A DNA stretch of 64,000 nucleotides. Source: an uncultured virus (IMG/VR IMGVR_UViG_3300049793_000365) (taxonomy: Duplodnaviria; Heunggongvirae; Uroviricota; Caudoviricetes). This document shows positions 9,816 to 19,229 of this stretch, piece after piece (the first letter of the stretch is position 1; each line of letters opens with the position of its first letter). The position numbers and the translations under genes were made by a program. Under the pieces are notes generated by a model. The model searched no databases. It was not told where the DNA came from and saw only the letters and a program-made list of their open reading frames with translations. The stretch lies in the IMG/VR virus record IMGVR_UViG_3300049793_000365; one strand, 5' to 3'.

Positions 9816-10841
9816 ATGACACACGGACTCGCAATAGATAGATTATACAGACACCCTAAATATGGTATAGTTAGAGTGAAAGATGTAGTAGGTGATGCAA
9901 CATTCATCGAATATTATGTATTCAACACAACTGGTGTTCGAATCACACCAAATTTCAAATCAGTAAATCATAAACATCTTGTTATACACGATACCATTGT
10001 CGGTGAGACTATGTATGATGTTAATACAATGAAGTCTGTTGTTATATTGGATGAGATTGGTAACACAATCACCGTCAGAGATAAGCAAGACAGAGAGTAT
10101 ATAGTTGACTTCTGTTGTTTAGTACCAACATATCGTGAGTGCGTTGAGACAAACCTTCAAAACAAAAGCAGAAACGAAGAGATTGTTAAACTCCTTAAAA
10201 AAGGAAGTAGGTTGTCTGATTTAGCTAATAGATTTTCACTCGATGTATCAGTTGTTCAAACAATCGCAAGAAGCTTTGGTCTTGAACTCAACACAAAACT
10301 CAGTGATGAATCGAGAGATAGAATAAAGCAAGCAAAATCTTTCGTCAATACATTGTCTTATGATGAAATAAAGGCTAAATTTAGCCTCACTGATGATGTT
10401 ATGGTTATGTCTGGTTTGAAAGATAAGTTAGAGCGACAGAAAGAGGTTGCTAAGATACTTGCTATGTATAAAGAGAATTATACACTGAAGGAAATTGCCG
10501 ATTTTTTTGATTGTTGTTCTGATAGAATATCTAAAATCATCAGAGTAAATAATGCTTATAAAATCCCTTCCCTTAAAATGTCTATCGCTGATAAGAAGAA
10601 ATTCTCCGATAATATTAAATCAATCATTACCGAAAAATTCAACACTGGTCTAAGTGACGATGATATTGCGTATGATATGAATGAAGAGGGTCACAAAACA
10701 TTATTCGGTACCGAGTTTACAGCGACTCACGTTAGGAAAATAACGAAAGATATACCAGTTAATAAACCAGTTAAGAAAGTAGTAGTCAAAGAAAAGGATT
10801 ACCTATCATTATACATTAAAAGTAAAAGAGTAAAAGCATGA
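9816..10841 (+). CDS. multi-HTH DNA-binding protein, paralogue of the next gene
   Basis: YRHPKYGIVRV; HTH-like LSDLANRFSLD and YTLKEIADFFD; IAYDMNEEGHKTLFGTEFT. Confidence 0.6.
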   Translation: MTHGLAIDRLYRHPKYGIVRVKDVVGDATFIEYYVFNTTGVRITPNFKSVNHKHLVIHDTIVGETMYDVNTMKSVVILDEIGNTITVRDKQDREYIVDFCCLVPTYRECVETNLQNKSRNEEIVKLLKKGSRLSDLANRFSLDVSVVQTIARSFGLELNTKLSDESRDRIKQAKSFVNTLSYDEIKAKFSLTDDVMVMSGLKDKLERQKEVAKILAMYKENYTLKEIADFFDCCSDRISKIIRVNNAYKIPSLKMSIADKKKFSDNIKSIITEKFNTGLSDDDIAYDMNEEGHKTLFGTEFTATHVRKITKDIPVNKPVKKVVVKEKDYLSLYIKSKRVKA

Positions 10842-12286
10842 GAAGCACATTGAGTAATAAGAAAAAGATGGCTTGTGTGAGCTATTTAAATGAAATGTTG
10901 AAGCACATTCGCAACAAAGAACAATTGTCTAAAGTTTCTAAAGAAGTTGGTAAGAAATACGGTGTTAGCCATGATTTAATATACTATGCTCAATTTGTTG
11001 GTTATATTAAAAGAGTTGGTAAGGGTGAATATAAATCTAACGTGGGTAGGTTTCACAAACGCGATGTTGATACAATCTACGCATATCGTACCGATAGGTT
11101 AAGTAAGGATAAAAAAGCAAGAGAAAGTAGTACGCAATTATCACTATTCAAAAAGAAAGTTGTTGTAAGTAATATCGTAGAGGGTAAGGAATATAAGCAC
11201 CCAAAACATGGCTTGGTTAAAGTTGATGAAATCATATCCGATTCTTTAGCATATGTTTTGGTACCAATTAGTTCCGATACACATCCTAAGTACACTCTTC
11301 ACGAGGTTCGTTCTAATTTACTATCCGCTGTTGCTGGTAGTACTACAGTTAAAAAAGAAAAGCCAAGTAAAGAAATTTTAAATCTTGGTGTTAGAGCAAG
11401 AAATTGTTTAAAATCAGCGAACATAAATACGGCTGAGGAACTATCAATGTTTACTGAATCACAGATATCCAATGTTCCAAATACTGGTAGAAAAACAATC
11501 GATGAATTAGAAAAGTTTCTACAATCAAAGGGTTTAAAATTCAGTACCGAACCAATCAATGAGCCATTAATCTCTGATAGAGATAAGCAAATTATTGAGT
11601 GTATAAATAATAAAGAAAAGGTAGATGATATTGCCGCAAAATTCGATGTACACAAATCAAGTATAAGTAATATTGCTAAGAAACACGGCATTAGTATTGG
11701 ATCACTTAGAAAGAAGGAGAGAAGTGATTTATTATCAGAACTTAAATCAGAACTTAAAAATGGTATGAGTAAAGCTGATGCTGAACTTAAATATAAAAAA
11801 TATCCAAAGTTTATTAAGTTCATAAGAGCGTATTTCATCACATTTAATAATAAGAAGAGAATCGCAGACCGCAACAACAAAATCGTAAGTTTATATAAAG
11901 AGGATTATACACTTAAGAATATAAGTGAATTAACCGACCTTGGTGTACCTACAATCGCTGCTATTATTCGTGATAATAAAGCATACAAATTTCCGGAAAT
12001 GAGCATATCTATACCGGAAAAGAAGAAGAGAACCGAAGAGTTATTCGAATACGTATCTTCACTTAAGAGTCAATATAAAATGACTGCTCAACAAATAGCT
12101 GAGGAACTTAATGAGAATGGTTATAAGACATTAAGAGGTACTGAATACACCGTTGGTAATGTAACAAATATGTTTTATAAAGCTAATAACGGTCTTATTG
12201 AAACAACAACCAAAAAGTCACCTAAGAAGGTAGCTAAGAAGACAGATGATTATTTGAGTTCATATATAAAGAAGTTCAAAAAGTAA
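10838..12286 (+). CDS. multi-HTH protein with an RNA polymerase alpha-CTD-like domain
   Basis: LNLGVRARNCLKSANINTAEELSMFTESQISNVPNTGRKTIDELEKFLQSKGLKF matches the RpoA CTD pattern; several HTH-like segments. Confidence 0.8.
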   Translation: MRSTLSNKKKMACVSYLNEMLKHIRNKEQLSKVSKEVGKKYGVSHDLIYYAQFVGYIKRVGKGEYKSNVGRFHKRDVDTIYAYRTDRLSKDKKARESSTQLSLFKKKVVVSNIVEGKEYKHPKHGLVKVDEIISDSLAYVLVPISSDTHPKYTLHEVRSNLLSAVAGSTTVKKEKPSKEILNLGVRARNCLKSANINTAEELSMFTESQISNVPNTGRKTIDELEKFLQSKGLKFSTEPINEPLISDRDKQIIECINNKEKVDDIAAKFDVHKSSISNIAKKHGISIGSLRKKERSDLLSELKSELKNGMSKADAELKYKKYPKFIKFIRAYFITFNNKKRIADRNNKIVSLYKEDYTLKNISELTDLGVPTIAAIIRDNKAYKFPEMSISIPEKKKRTEELFEYVSSLKSQYKMTAQQIAEELNENGYKTLRGTEYTVGNVTNMFYKANNGLIETTTKKSPKKVAKKTDDYLSSYIKKFKK

Positions 12287-12687
12287 TGGATCGAAATATT
12301 ATTAAGTCGAGATACAGAGACCAGAAGTTAGATAGAGTATTGGAAACACCACTTACTAAATTAATTAAGTGGTTCAAGATTGCTTGGACAAAATTCATAC
12401 TCGACTGGCGAGTACCACAATACACATTAGGTTCTATTTTATTTATAAATGGTATAGGGTTGCTTTGGCACATAACTGACTATTGGCTGGGTTACAAACC
12501 AGGTATAGAAAAAACTTGCGTAGGTTGCTTCGAATATATCGTAGACACACAGCTACCTTGGAACATAACAGCATTTACAATTCTGTTTAGAGTAGTATTT
12601 TGGGTAGTTATAATTTGTATACCATTCGTATTAGGTGTAGCACTATTCAGTAGAAGTAAAAATAGAAAATATGAAGACGAGGACTAA
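12286..12687 (+). CDS. membrane protein with the tag at its N-terminus
   Basis: RDQKLDRVL at aa 11-19; two TM segments. Confidence 0.7.
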   Translation: MDRNIIKSRYRDQKLDRVLETPLTKLIKWFKIAWTKFILDWRVPQYTLGSILFINGIGLLWHITDYWLGYKPGIEKTCVGCFEYIVDTQLPWNITAFTILFRVVFWVVIICIPFVLGVALFSRSKNRKYEDED

Positions 12688-12964
12688 AGTTATAAACGGA
12701 AAAAGCATCGATTATTTAGATGTTGTTCATCACACAACTACTACCAAGTTTAAAATGTGGGATAGGATTAAAATACTTTTTGGTAAAGAGATAATCACAC
12801 AGTCTGAATTATACACCAATCACGACCACTGCCTTATACTCGGTACAACTGCTAAATCTTATGTACCACCTATAATTAGGCGCAAAGAAAAGGGTGGTGT
12901 TTGTATGACACCAATGGACACTCAAGAAAACAGAGATTATAAAATAGAGAATATACTAAAGTGA
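12671..12964 (+). CDS. hypothetical protein, tagged
   Basis: Ends RDYKIENILK. Confidence 0.7.
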   Translation: MKTRTKVINGKSIDYLDVVHHTTTTKFKMWDRIKILFGKEIITQSELYTNHDHCLILGTTAKSYVPPIIRRKEKGGVCMTPMDTQENRDYKIENILK

Positions 12965-13177
12965 TTCTCTATAAATCTTAACAATGTCTCTGTCTGTTAC
13001 CAATATACACTTAGCCGTTACCTCTTCTATTCTTCTTGCTGGTATATCATAATGTGGCCAAGGATTTGTGTGATAGAAGCACTTATTGATGTTTAAAACC
13101 TGCGCCATTCGATGTAGATTTGCTACACTATACGGTTTACAAATTAAGTGCCTTTTATTATCACAATAAAATTCCAT
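12956..13177 (-). CDS. DUF4031-like small protein
   Basis: LHRMAQVLNI...F...WPHYDIP pattern. Confidence 0.55.
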   Translation of the reverse strand: MEFYCDNKRHLICKPYSVANLHRMAQVLNINKCFYHTNPWPHYDIPARRIEEVTAKCILVTDRDIVKIYRESL

Positions 13178-13785
13178 TATGATATACTATTTAAGTTCTC
13201 TTGCTTATTACTATCCCATAATTTCTTAGCTGAATCAGTATAAAAAGTATGCGATTTTAAAAATTTAATTTGAAGTTCATTCCATTCACTATCTGAATAT
13301 ACAATGTTTTTATTAACCCATTCTTGTCTAAGTTCATCTGATTGTCTTTGATATTCAGAATTACTACCTAAGTAGCTTAAATCAGCATCTTTCATAATCT
13401 TTTCCTCTATCGTTGTTGGGATAAAAGAATGCTCAGTTGCCATTATAAAGCGTTTTATCTTCTGTATTTCATCAGTAGTAAAGCCATACCTAGTCAGCGT
13501 CATTTCGGCTATCTTAGCGCCTTCTGGTTCATTGTTTTTATACTTCATCAAGAATCCTGAATCGTGATATGCACCAGCTACATAGAGTAGATTACTCGTT
13601 TCATCATCTATATTCTCCATTTCACATAGAGTCTTGACGCTATTCATCATCTGAATAGTGTGTCCTACGTTATGATAGTGTAATTTATCATCAAGGTCAT
13701 CGTTTAGCTTATTAATTATGAAATCACAAGCAGCTTGTGTCTTCTTAAAAAAGACAAATGATTCGTATATCTTTAAGTATTTCAT
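13177..13785 (-). CDS. HD-domain phosphohydrolase with MKxLKxxE leader
   Basis: HYHNVGHT...AYHDSGF...NEPEGA...IMAT...KDADLSYLG; begins MKYLKIYESF. Confidence 0.8.
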   Translation of the reverse strand: MKYLKIYESFVFFKKTQAACDFIINKLNDDLDDKLHYHNVGHTIQMMNSVKTLCEMENIDDETSNLLYVAGAYHDSGFLMKYKNNEPEGAKIAEMTLTRYGFTTDEIQKIKRFIMATEHSFIPTTIEEKIMKDADLSYLGSNSEYQRQSDELRQEWVNKNIVYSDSEWNELQIKFLKSHTFYTDSAKKLWDSNKQENLNSIS

Positions 13786-13811
13786 TAAGTATATATTAAT
13801 ATATAACTCCG
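13786..13811. promoter_or_regulatory. back-to-back putative late promoters (TAATATATA on both strands)
   Basis: TAAGTATATATTAATATATAACTCCG between two divergent leader-bearing genes. Confidence 0.65.
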
Positions 13812-14249
13812 ATGAAATATTTAAAATACTTTAAAGAATCAAATACTACTCCACCAATTTCTATATCAGAATTGACCAATAATATCAATCTATATAGCGA
13901 AGAGTTAAAATATGAGATATCAGAACTATCAGTGAGTTATAATAGTAGCAATAATGATTATCATCTAAAATTTGAAGTTGAATTACCAGAAGAAGAATAT
14001 AAGCAATTGGTTGATGCTTATGCAGGTAATGAGAGTCCAATAGACTATATAGTTTGGGATTTAGAAAAAACTATACAAGAGTCATTTATTAAGTTTAATA
14101 AAAGATATGGTTTTACCTCAGAAGATAACTCAAAGATATACATCGAAACCAATGATTATGCTTGGGAAGATTATAATGAATTGTTGGTTAAACCAAATAT
14201 AACAGTGTTTATGTATATTAAATATAACTTAGATAATGAAATACATTAG
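13812..14249 (+). CDS. leader-bearing acidic protein (putative internal head protein)
   Basis: Starts MKYLKYFKES. Confidence 0.7.
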   Translation: MKYLKYFKESNTTPPISISELTNNINLYSEELKYEISELSVSYNSSNNDYHLKFEVELPEEEYKQLVDAYAGNESPIDYIVWDLEKTIQESFIKFNKRYGFTSEDNSKIYIETNDYAWEDYNELLVKPNITVFMYIKYNLDNEIH

Positions 14250-14625
14250 AAAATTTGAATCCGAACTTAACCTATCTTCATTCTTAGAGGAAATGCTAAG
14301 TGATATTGAAGCTAAATTTGGCGTGACTATTAAATTCTTGGGTGACCACTCGGTACATCAGAGACAAAATAAAAGCCGTGTAGTTATTATAAGACTACCA
14401 AATAAAACAAACGGTACTATTGTTTTTACACTATCTGGTCAAGACTCGGATGAGAACCTTACCAAAGCTAATATAGACGATGCTATATCTGATTTGGAAA
14501 AAAAGACTCAGTTGTTAAAGGAGATAAAGAAAGTGATGCTGAAGTTAGAGGTAGAAGGATTTAGAACCCATATACAACCAGATAATTACGAATATCGTTT
14601 AACTGTAATTAAAAACAACGCATAG
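14236..14625 (+). CDS. leader-bearing protein, family A
   Basis: MKYIRKFESE; IKKVMLKLEVEGF. Confidence 0.7.
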   Translation: MKYIRKFESELNLSSFLEEMLSDIEAKFGVTIKFLGDHSVHQRQNKSRVVIIRLPNKTNGTIVFTLSGQDSDENLTKANIDDAISDLEKKTQLLKEIKKVMLKLEVEGFRTHIQPDNYEYRLTVIKNNA

Positions 14626-14643
14626 ATATTTCATATAATATCT

Positions 14644-14991
14644 ATGAATTTAATGCATAAATCTTCAAATCTTTATTTAAATCAACCCATAACTGTTCGG
14701 TGCCAGAATTATTCTACAACACTTGATGTTGATATATTCATTGGTAGCTATGGTGAGCTAAACTACGAAGTATCTCTTTTGTGTAGAGAGGATTATCAAC
14801 CAGAAGATAAAACATTACACATCTTCTGTATATCTGATAGTAATTGCGTAGTAAATCAATTGGATGATAGATTTAAGCTACATAAGGTGATAAATAGAGG
14901 CGAACTGAATCGCTCAAAATACTTCATTTTCATACACGAGGAACTATCTATACAAGAATATAGAGATAGTAAACTAAATGCTATGTTATAG
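14644..14991 (+). CDS. hypothetical protein, tagged
   Basis: Ends RDSKLNAML. Confidence 0.7.
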   Translation: MNLMHKSSNLYLNQPITVRCQNYSTTLDVDIFIGSYGELNYEVSLLCREDYQPEDKTLHIFCISDSNCVVNQLDDRFKLHKVINRGELNRSKYFIFIHEELSIQEYRDSKLNAML

Positions 14992-15005
14992 TTAATATAT
15001 ACACA

Positions 15006-15428
15006 GTGAAACATTTAAAATCATTCAACTCAATAAACGAAGCTACTAAATCCACCGTTGAGGATATCTTTGCTAATTTTTGCGAGAGATACGGTATGGA
15101 GATTGAGAAAGTAGGAGATGGTATACACCAACAACATAAACTATGGACATCTGGCGACTTTAAAGAGGAACCTATTATTGTTGATTGTAAATTCATTTCA
15201 TTATTAAACACTACTAAACTTAAGCTTGAACTAGAAGATAACACAGCGGCAGTATTGAGATTTGACTACATCAAGACCAGTAAAACCAATAAAGATAAAA
15301 GTGGTTATTTAAAATCAAATAAACACCAAATGTCAGCAACATTTAATAGAATGGTTAGCTTTCTAAGAAATGAAACAACTGATAGTGATATTCAAATCAT
15401 TAAAATATTCATTGAAATTTATATATAA
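15006..15428 (+). CDS. leader-bearing protein
   Basis: TAATATATA then GTG; MKHLKSFNSINEA. Confidence 0.7.
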   Translation: MKHLKSFNSINEATKSTVEDIFANFCERYGMEIEKVGDGIHQQHKLWTSGDFKEEPIIVDCKFISLLNTTKLKLELEDNTAAVLRFDYIKTSKTNKDKSGYLKSNKHQMSATFNRMVSFLRNETTDSDIQIIKIFIEIYI

Positions 15429-15431
15429 CAC

Positions 15432-15872
15432 ATGAAACACTTAGTAACTTTCGAAGGATTTGAAATAAATGAGAACTCATCAAATATTTGGGTTCAGGGT
15501 GGTGTTCTTTTAATAAAGGGTGCGATAGTGAATGGTAAACATAGATTATATGCAACAAATATCCGAAATCTAATCCAATTGGATAGATTTAAAAAAGATA
15601 ATTCTAAAGGAGTTCCGGCTAAAATGGCTATACTTGGTGATGACTTTTGGAGATTAGTACACGAAGATGGAAGGATAGTACCCAAAAAGATAGCTTGGAG
15701 AAACGATGCGTCTTTAACTAAAATGTTAAGATTTAAAAACCAATCAATAAGCGTTGTTTTAAATAATAATAAAACACCAAGGCATTGGGAATCATTACAA
15801 TTTAATAACGTACATACGATGCTTTCTAAGATAGGATTCTATCTTGAGACAATTGAAAACATAGAGTGGTAA
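15432..15872 (+). CDS. leader-bearing protein
   Basis: TATATATA upstream; MKHLVTFEGFEINEN. Confidence 0.7.
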   Translation: MKHLVTFEGFEINENSSNIWVQGGVLLIKGAIVNGKHRLYATNIRNLIQLDRFKKDNSKGVPAKMAILGDDFWRLVHEDGRIVPKKIAWRNDASLTKMLRFKNQSISVVLNNNKTPRHWESLQFNNVHTMLSKIGFYLETIENIEW

Positions 15873-16282
15873 TGAAATACATTAAAACATTTGAGGGTTT
15901 GATTAAGCAGATGCATCAAGATATCAAGTCTATTAAAACGAAGTATGAAAAAGAGATAGCTGACTGTTTATCTGTTATTGAACATGAACATGATTTGAAG
16001 CTTAAATCAATTGGTGAATACTCATTCGAGTACACAGCAACCGACTTAAATATACTACCAACACCAGAATTACAAAGGGATTTTAAATTAACAAAGAAGA
16101 AATTAGAAGCTCTTGGTCTTGATATCGAAGTTAGTTTTTCTTTAGGAGATGGTATAAAACATTCGAGTGGTACTAAAACTTCCTTTTTAAGAGGCAACTT
16201 AATTGACCTTGAACATAATAATATTAAACAGATTATCAGAGGTATCACTATTAAGATACTCGATATGGAAGATATTGACTAA
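15872..16282 (+). CDS. leader-bearing protein, family B
   Basis: TAATG coupling; MKYIKTFEG; EIADCLSVI...KKKLEALGL. Confidence 0.7.
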   Translation: MKYIKTFEGLIKQMHQDIKSIKTKYEKEIADCLSVIEHEHDLKLKSIGEYSFEYTATDLNILPTPELQRDFKLTKKKLEALGLDIEVSFSLGDGIKHSSGTKTSFLRGNLIDLEHNNIKQIIRGITIKILDMEDID

Positions 16283-16297
16283 TTAAATCCTAATAAA

Positions 16298-16537
16298 ATG
16301 ATAGCAATGTGTACCAAAACAATCCACGTATCAGTTGGTGGAATTGGTGTCTACGATAAAACCGAAACATTTACAAACAATGAAATATATGAGTGCATAC
16401 GTAGTATGCGTGGTGGTACTGTTGTTGTAAAGAAGGAAAATAGACAGATAAAAGTAGATAGCCAAACTTTCGATACTCACTTCACTTCGATAGAAGAGAT
16501 AAGAGACGAGAAGCTAAACGCATTACTTACTTCTTAA
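16298..16537 (+). CDS. hypothetical protein, CxCIK...FxxYF family, tagged
   Basis: FDTHFTSIEEIRDEKLNALL. Confidence 0.7.
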   Translation: MIAMCTKTIHVSVGGIGVYDKTETFTNNEIYECIRSMRGGTVVVKKENRQIKVDSQTFDTHFTSIEEIRDEKLNALLTS

Positions 16538-16931
16538 ACTGTTCGTGGTGTTTAATGAAATCCCAAATTGGCATTGTTTCATCCGATAAACCTTCTGCTC
16601 TGGCTTTAACCATCGCATCTTTTAGTGTCTGATTATATCTTGGTGATTTAGCAGACTTTATAACCGATTCAACATATCCGCGGCATAATTTCAATTCGCC
16701 ATTCTGTATTTTATCCTGAACTTCTTCATGTGAAAGAGATTCTTCAGACATCATCATATGACATGGAAACAATACCTCATTATTCATAAAATCTTTGAAG
16801 TCTCCTGTTGTATAATCAGCTAACCAACCAGGTATAGAATTTTTAGAGAATGGACATTCTTTACAAACCTTAGCACACACGTTAACTTGTGATTCACATA
16901 TAAAATCCTTAAATGTAGTTATCTTTTTCAT
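16527..16931 (-). CDS. leader-bearing Cys/His metal-binding protein (DUF6283-like)
   Basis: MKKITTFKDFICES; CKECPF...PGWL...FPCH...LCRG. Confidence 0.6.
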   Translation of the reverse strand: MKKITTFKDFICESQVNVCAKVCKECPFSKNSIPGWLADYTTGDFKDFMNNEVLFPCHMMMSEESLSHEEVQDKIQNGELKLCRGYVESVIKSAKSPRYNQTLKDAMVKARAEGLSDETMPIWDFIKHHEQFKK

Positions 16932-16964
16932 TGAGTATATATTATATAATTTATATATACTTTA

Positions 16965-17345
16965 ATGTTACATCTAAAATTATACGAAGATTTCAATAAA
17001 TCATTTAAACCAGATGATGAGTTAAAAGAGCTTATTAAAATTGAGCTTGAAAACGATTTAAATATTGAAGACATTGAGTTTAAACCACTATTAAATAACG
17101 TCTATACAACAAAATTGACAATAGATATCGAATGGGAAAGAACTAATGTAGAGGATAATGATGAGTTTGATAGATTTAGAACTAAGATAATGGATCAGAT
17201 AAAGTCTAAACTAACACTTCTTGGTAGAAAAACGAATTTTAGAATATCTATGATGTCTAAAGATGAATGGCCAAAGAAATGGATATTCGGTTATAACAAC
17301 AACACTCACACATTAACTGTAACATTCTACATAATATTCGAGTAA
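16965..17345 (+). CDS. leader-bearing protein
   Basis: TATATATA upstream; MLHLKLYEDF. Confidence 0.7.
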   Translation: MLHLKLYEDFNKSFKPDDELKELIKIELENDLNIEDIEFKPLLNNVYTTKLTIDIEWERTNVEDNDEFDRFRTKIMDQIKSKLTLLGRKTNFRISMMSKDEWPKKWIFGYNNNTHTLTVTFYIIFE

Positions 17346-17852
17346 TTACTCAACTAAGCCGTGCTTGCGTAGGATCTTATTAACTTCCGATTTAACGGTA
17401 TACATAACCATCTTACTCGGTTTGTAATCCATATCTAAGATATAAGTACAACGCTGTCTGACATTATGTTGCCAACCTGGTCCTGGTCTATTCGAAATAT
17501 CGTGGAATACATTCCAAACATGGTCTGATATAATTCGCCACTCTCTTATATTTTTAATCTTATCATCGATATTTACCCAGTTACCATCTTCCGCGCAGTA
17601 TATGTTTTCCTTATCATATGCTAATAGTGGTTTTAAGCCATGTGGGCAATTAAAAGCACAATGGACATATGTTCGCCTATCCAACGACAATTCTTTGCTG
17701 GTGACAGGTATTCTGACTAAATCTAATTTGGGTAAATCTCCGAAGAACTTCTTTTCCTCAGGACTCCAATAACACCAAGAATGACCATCCTGGTGGACTT
17801 CACCGTAGCAAAGAGGATTGTGCATTTCATTGAAGCTTTTAAGATGTTTCAT
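17346..17852 (-). CDS. leader-bearing protein
   Basis: TAATATATA upstream; MKHLKSFNEM. Confidence 0.7.
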   Translation of the reverse strand: MKHLKSFNEMHNPLCYGEVHQDGHSWCYWSPEEKKFFGDLPKLDLVRIPVTSKELSLDRRTYVHCAFNCPHGLKPLLAYDKENIYCAEDGNWVNIDDKIKNIREWRIISDHVWNVFHDISNRPGPGWQHNVRQRCTYILDMDYKPSKMVMYTVKSEVNKILRKHGLVE

Positions 17853-17867
17853 GAGTTATATATTAAC

Positions 17868-18074
17868 TCACTGATTCATAAAGGCGATTATTTGGTCTAC
17901 GACATCAGCACCAAATATCTGGTCACACATTTCTCTGTGTCCGGTGGTTATTTGTTCGTGTATCTCACTAAGAAATTGTTTAGATAGTGCTTCATCATTG
18001 ACATACAATTCAGCAGACCGCCCATATAACGATTTATTACCTACAATTTGTTTTACTATATCTTTAGCAGTCAT
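17868..18074 (-). CDS. hypothetical protein
   Basis: TAATG-coupled to upstream gene. Confidence 0.6.
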   Translation of the reverse strand: MTAKDIVKQIVGNKSLYGRSAELYVNDEALSKQFLSEIHEQITTGHREMCDQIFGADVVDQIIAFMNQ

Positions 18075-18427
18075 TAGTAGTCGCAGTATTCTTCTATGAA
18101 ATAAAACTCATTAGCGTTGTTGAATAGGATATTAGCTTCAAAAATATATCTATCACAATCCGATAAGAATTGATATACTTTACTACCATCAGCTTGTGGG
18201 AATTCTACAAAGAAAGCATCATTATCTTTCATAATAGCAGACAATAAAATTCTACCGGAAGGTTTCATTTCGCAATTATCCCACCATTTTAACTCATGTA
18301 ATTTGTAGTTGAGATAATCTTCTAAAGAGTCCAATTGCTCTTTTGTGAATGCACTTGCTTTAATTTCAGTGCCTTTAATATTTACTAGATTTACTAGATT
18401 TGAATTTTCCTTGAATGTTAGTGTCAT
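18074..18427 (-). CDS. hypothetical protein (start moved to MTLTF)
   Basis: TATATTTG 4 nt before ATG at 18427. Confidence 0.7.
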   Translation of the reverse strand: MTLTFKENSNLVNLVNIKGTEIKASAFTKEQLDSLEDYLNYKLHELKWWDNCEMKPSGRILLSAIMKDNDAFFVEFPQADGSKVYQFLSDCDRYIFEANILFNNANEFYFIEEYCDY

Positions 18428-18494
18428 ACTACAAATATAAGGATTATATCCAAACAACCAAAAAACTTCTTGTGTCTTTTTAAGTAAAACAATC

Positions 18495-18758
18495 GTGTAC
18501 GATAAAGATAAATTCAGGTTGATTTTTAAGAGTCTTAATTTTAAACAAGACCGAAAAGACCCAGACATATACATCAGGAGCAAAGCTTACTTCGAGCTTA
18601 GAGACGATATGGTTCGTTACTACATAAAGGGTAGTGATACACCATCACATAAAGCTACTACAACACACGCAATTGAAGAACTATATAACGCATTATTTAA
18701 GAAATTTCAAGACATAATCAGAGGTAATAAACTGGATGATTTGTTTGGAGATTGTTGA
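18495..18758 (+). CDS. hypothetical protein, tagged
   Basis: Ends RGNKLDDLFGDC. Confidence 0.65.
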   Translation: MYDKDKFRLIFKSLNFKQDRKDPDIYIRSKAYFELRDDMVRYYIKGSDTPSHKATTTHAIEELYNALFKKFQDIIRGNKLDDLFGDC

Positions 18759-18833
18759 TAAGTCTTCGTTTTGTTAATAAGTTTTTCCGGACTCTCATAT
18801 AAATATGCTACATTTGTGTCCTAAATTAATTAT

Positions 18834-19196
18834 ATGAAAAAAACCCTTACGATGATTCTGTTAGCTTTCTCTCTTGTAGGATTAGCACAGACAAAAGTTA
18901 AGAAAGGTCCGACTCAGACCTACAACACTCAGAGCAAAACTACTGCTACTGATACAAGAAAAGAAATTGTAGTTACAAAGGAACCAATAAAAGAAAATGA
19001 TGAGTACCGATTCTACTATGCTAACTGTTCAAGAGACACATTGTTTTTATACAATGATGGATTGGGCAAGATGATAGCACAAGTCTGGGATTTGGACAGC
19101 ATCGCGAAAAAGAAGAGACCTGTTATCGTGTTCTACAAAGAACCAAATGCCAACAACATCGGTAACATGAATATCAAGAAAGGATTGAAAAACTAA
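18834..19196 (+). CDS. secreted/periplasmic protein
   Basis: Sec-type signal MKKTLTMILLAFSLVGLA followed by Gln. Confidence 0.75.
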   Translation: MKKTLTMILLAFSLVGLAQTKVKKGPTQTYNTQSKTTATDTRKEIVVTKEPIKENDEYRFYYANCSRDTLFLYNDGLGKMIAQVWDLDSIAKKKRPVIVFYKEPNANNIGNMNIKKGLKN

Positions 19197-19202
19197 AGAG
19201 TA

Positions 19203-19229
19203 AATTAAGGGGCTAAATGCCCCTTAATT
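19203..19229. terminator. bidirectional terminator
   Basis: AATTAAGGGGC-TAAAT-GCCCCTTAATT between convergent genes. Confidence 0.75.

Noticed and set aside
9816..12286. Serine recombinases
   Set aside because: Only a recombinase-like DNA-binding segment (IAxxLNxxGxKT) is present; no catalytic YxRxS domain.
14236..14991. Amber read-through fusing 14236-14625 to 14644-14991 (in frame, six sense codons between)
   Set aside because: In-frame by chance about one time in three; the downstream gene has its own TATAAT and ATG, and family A paralogues end at the same point.
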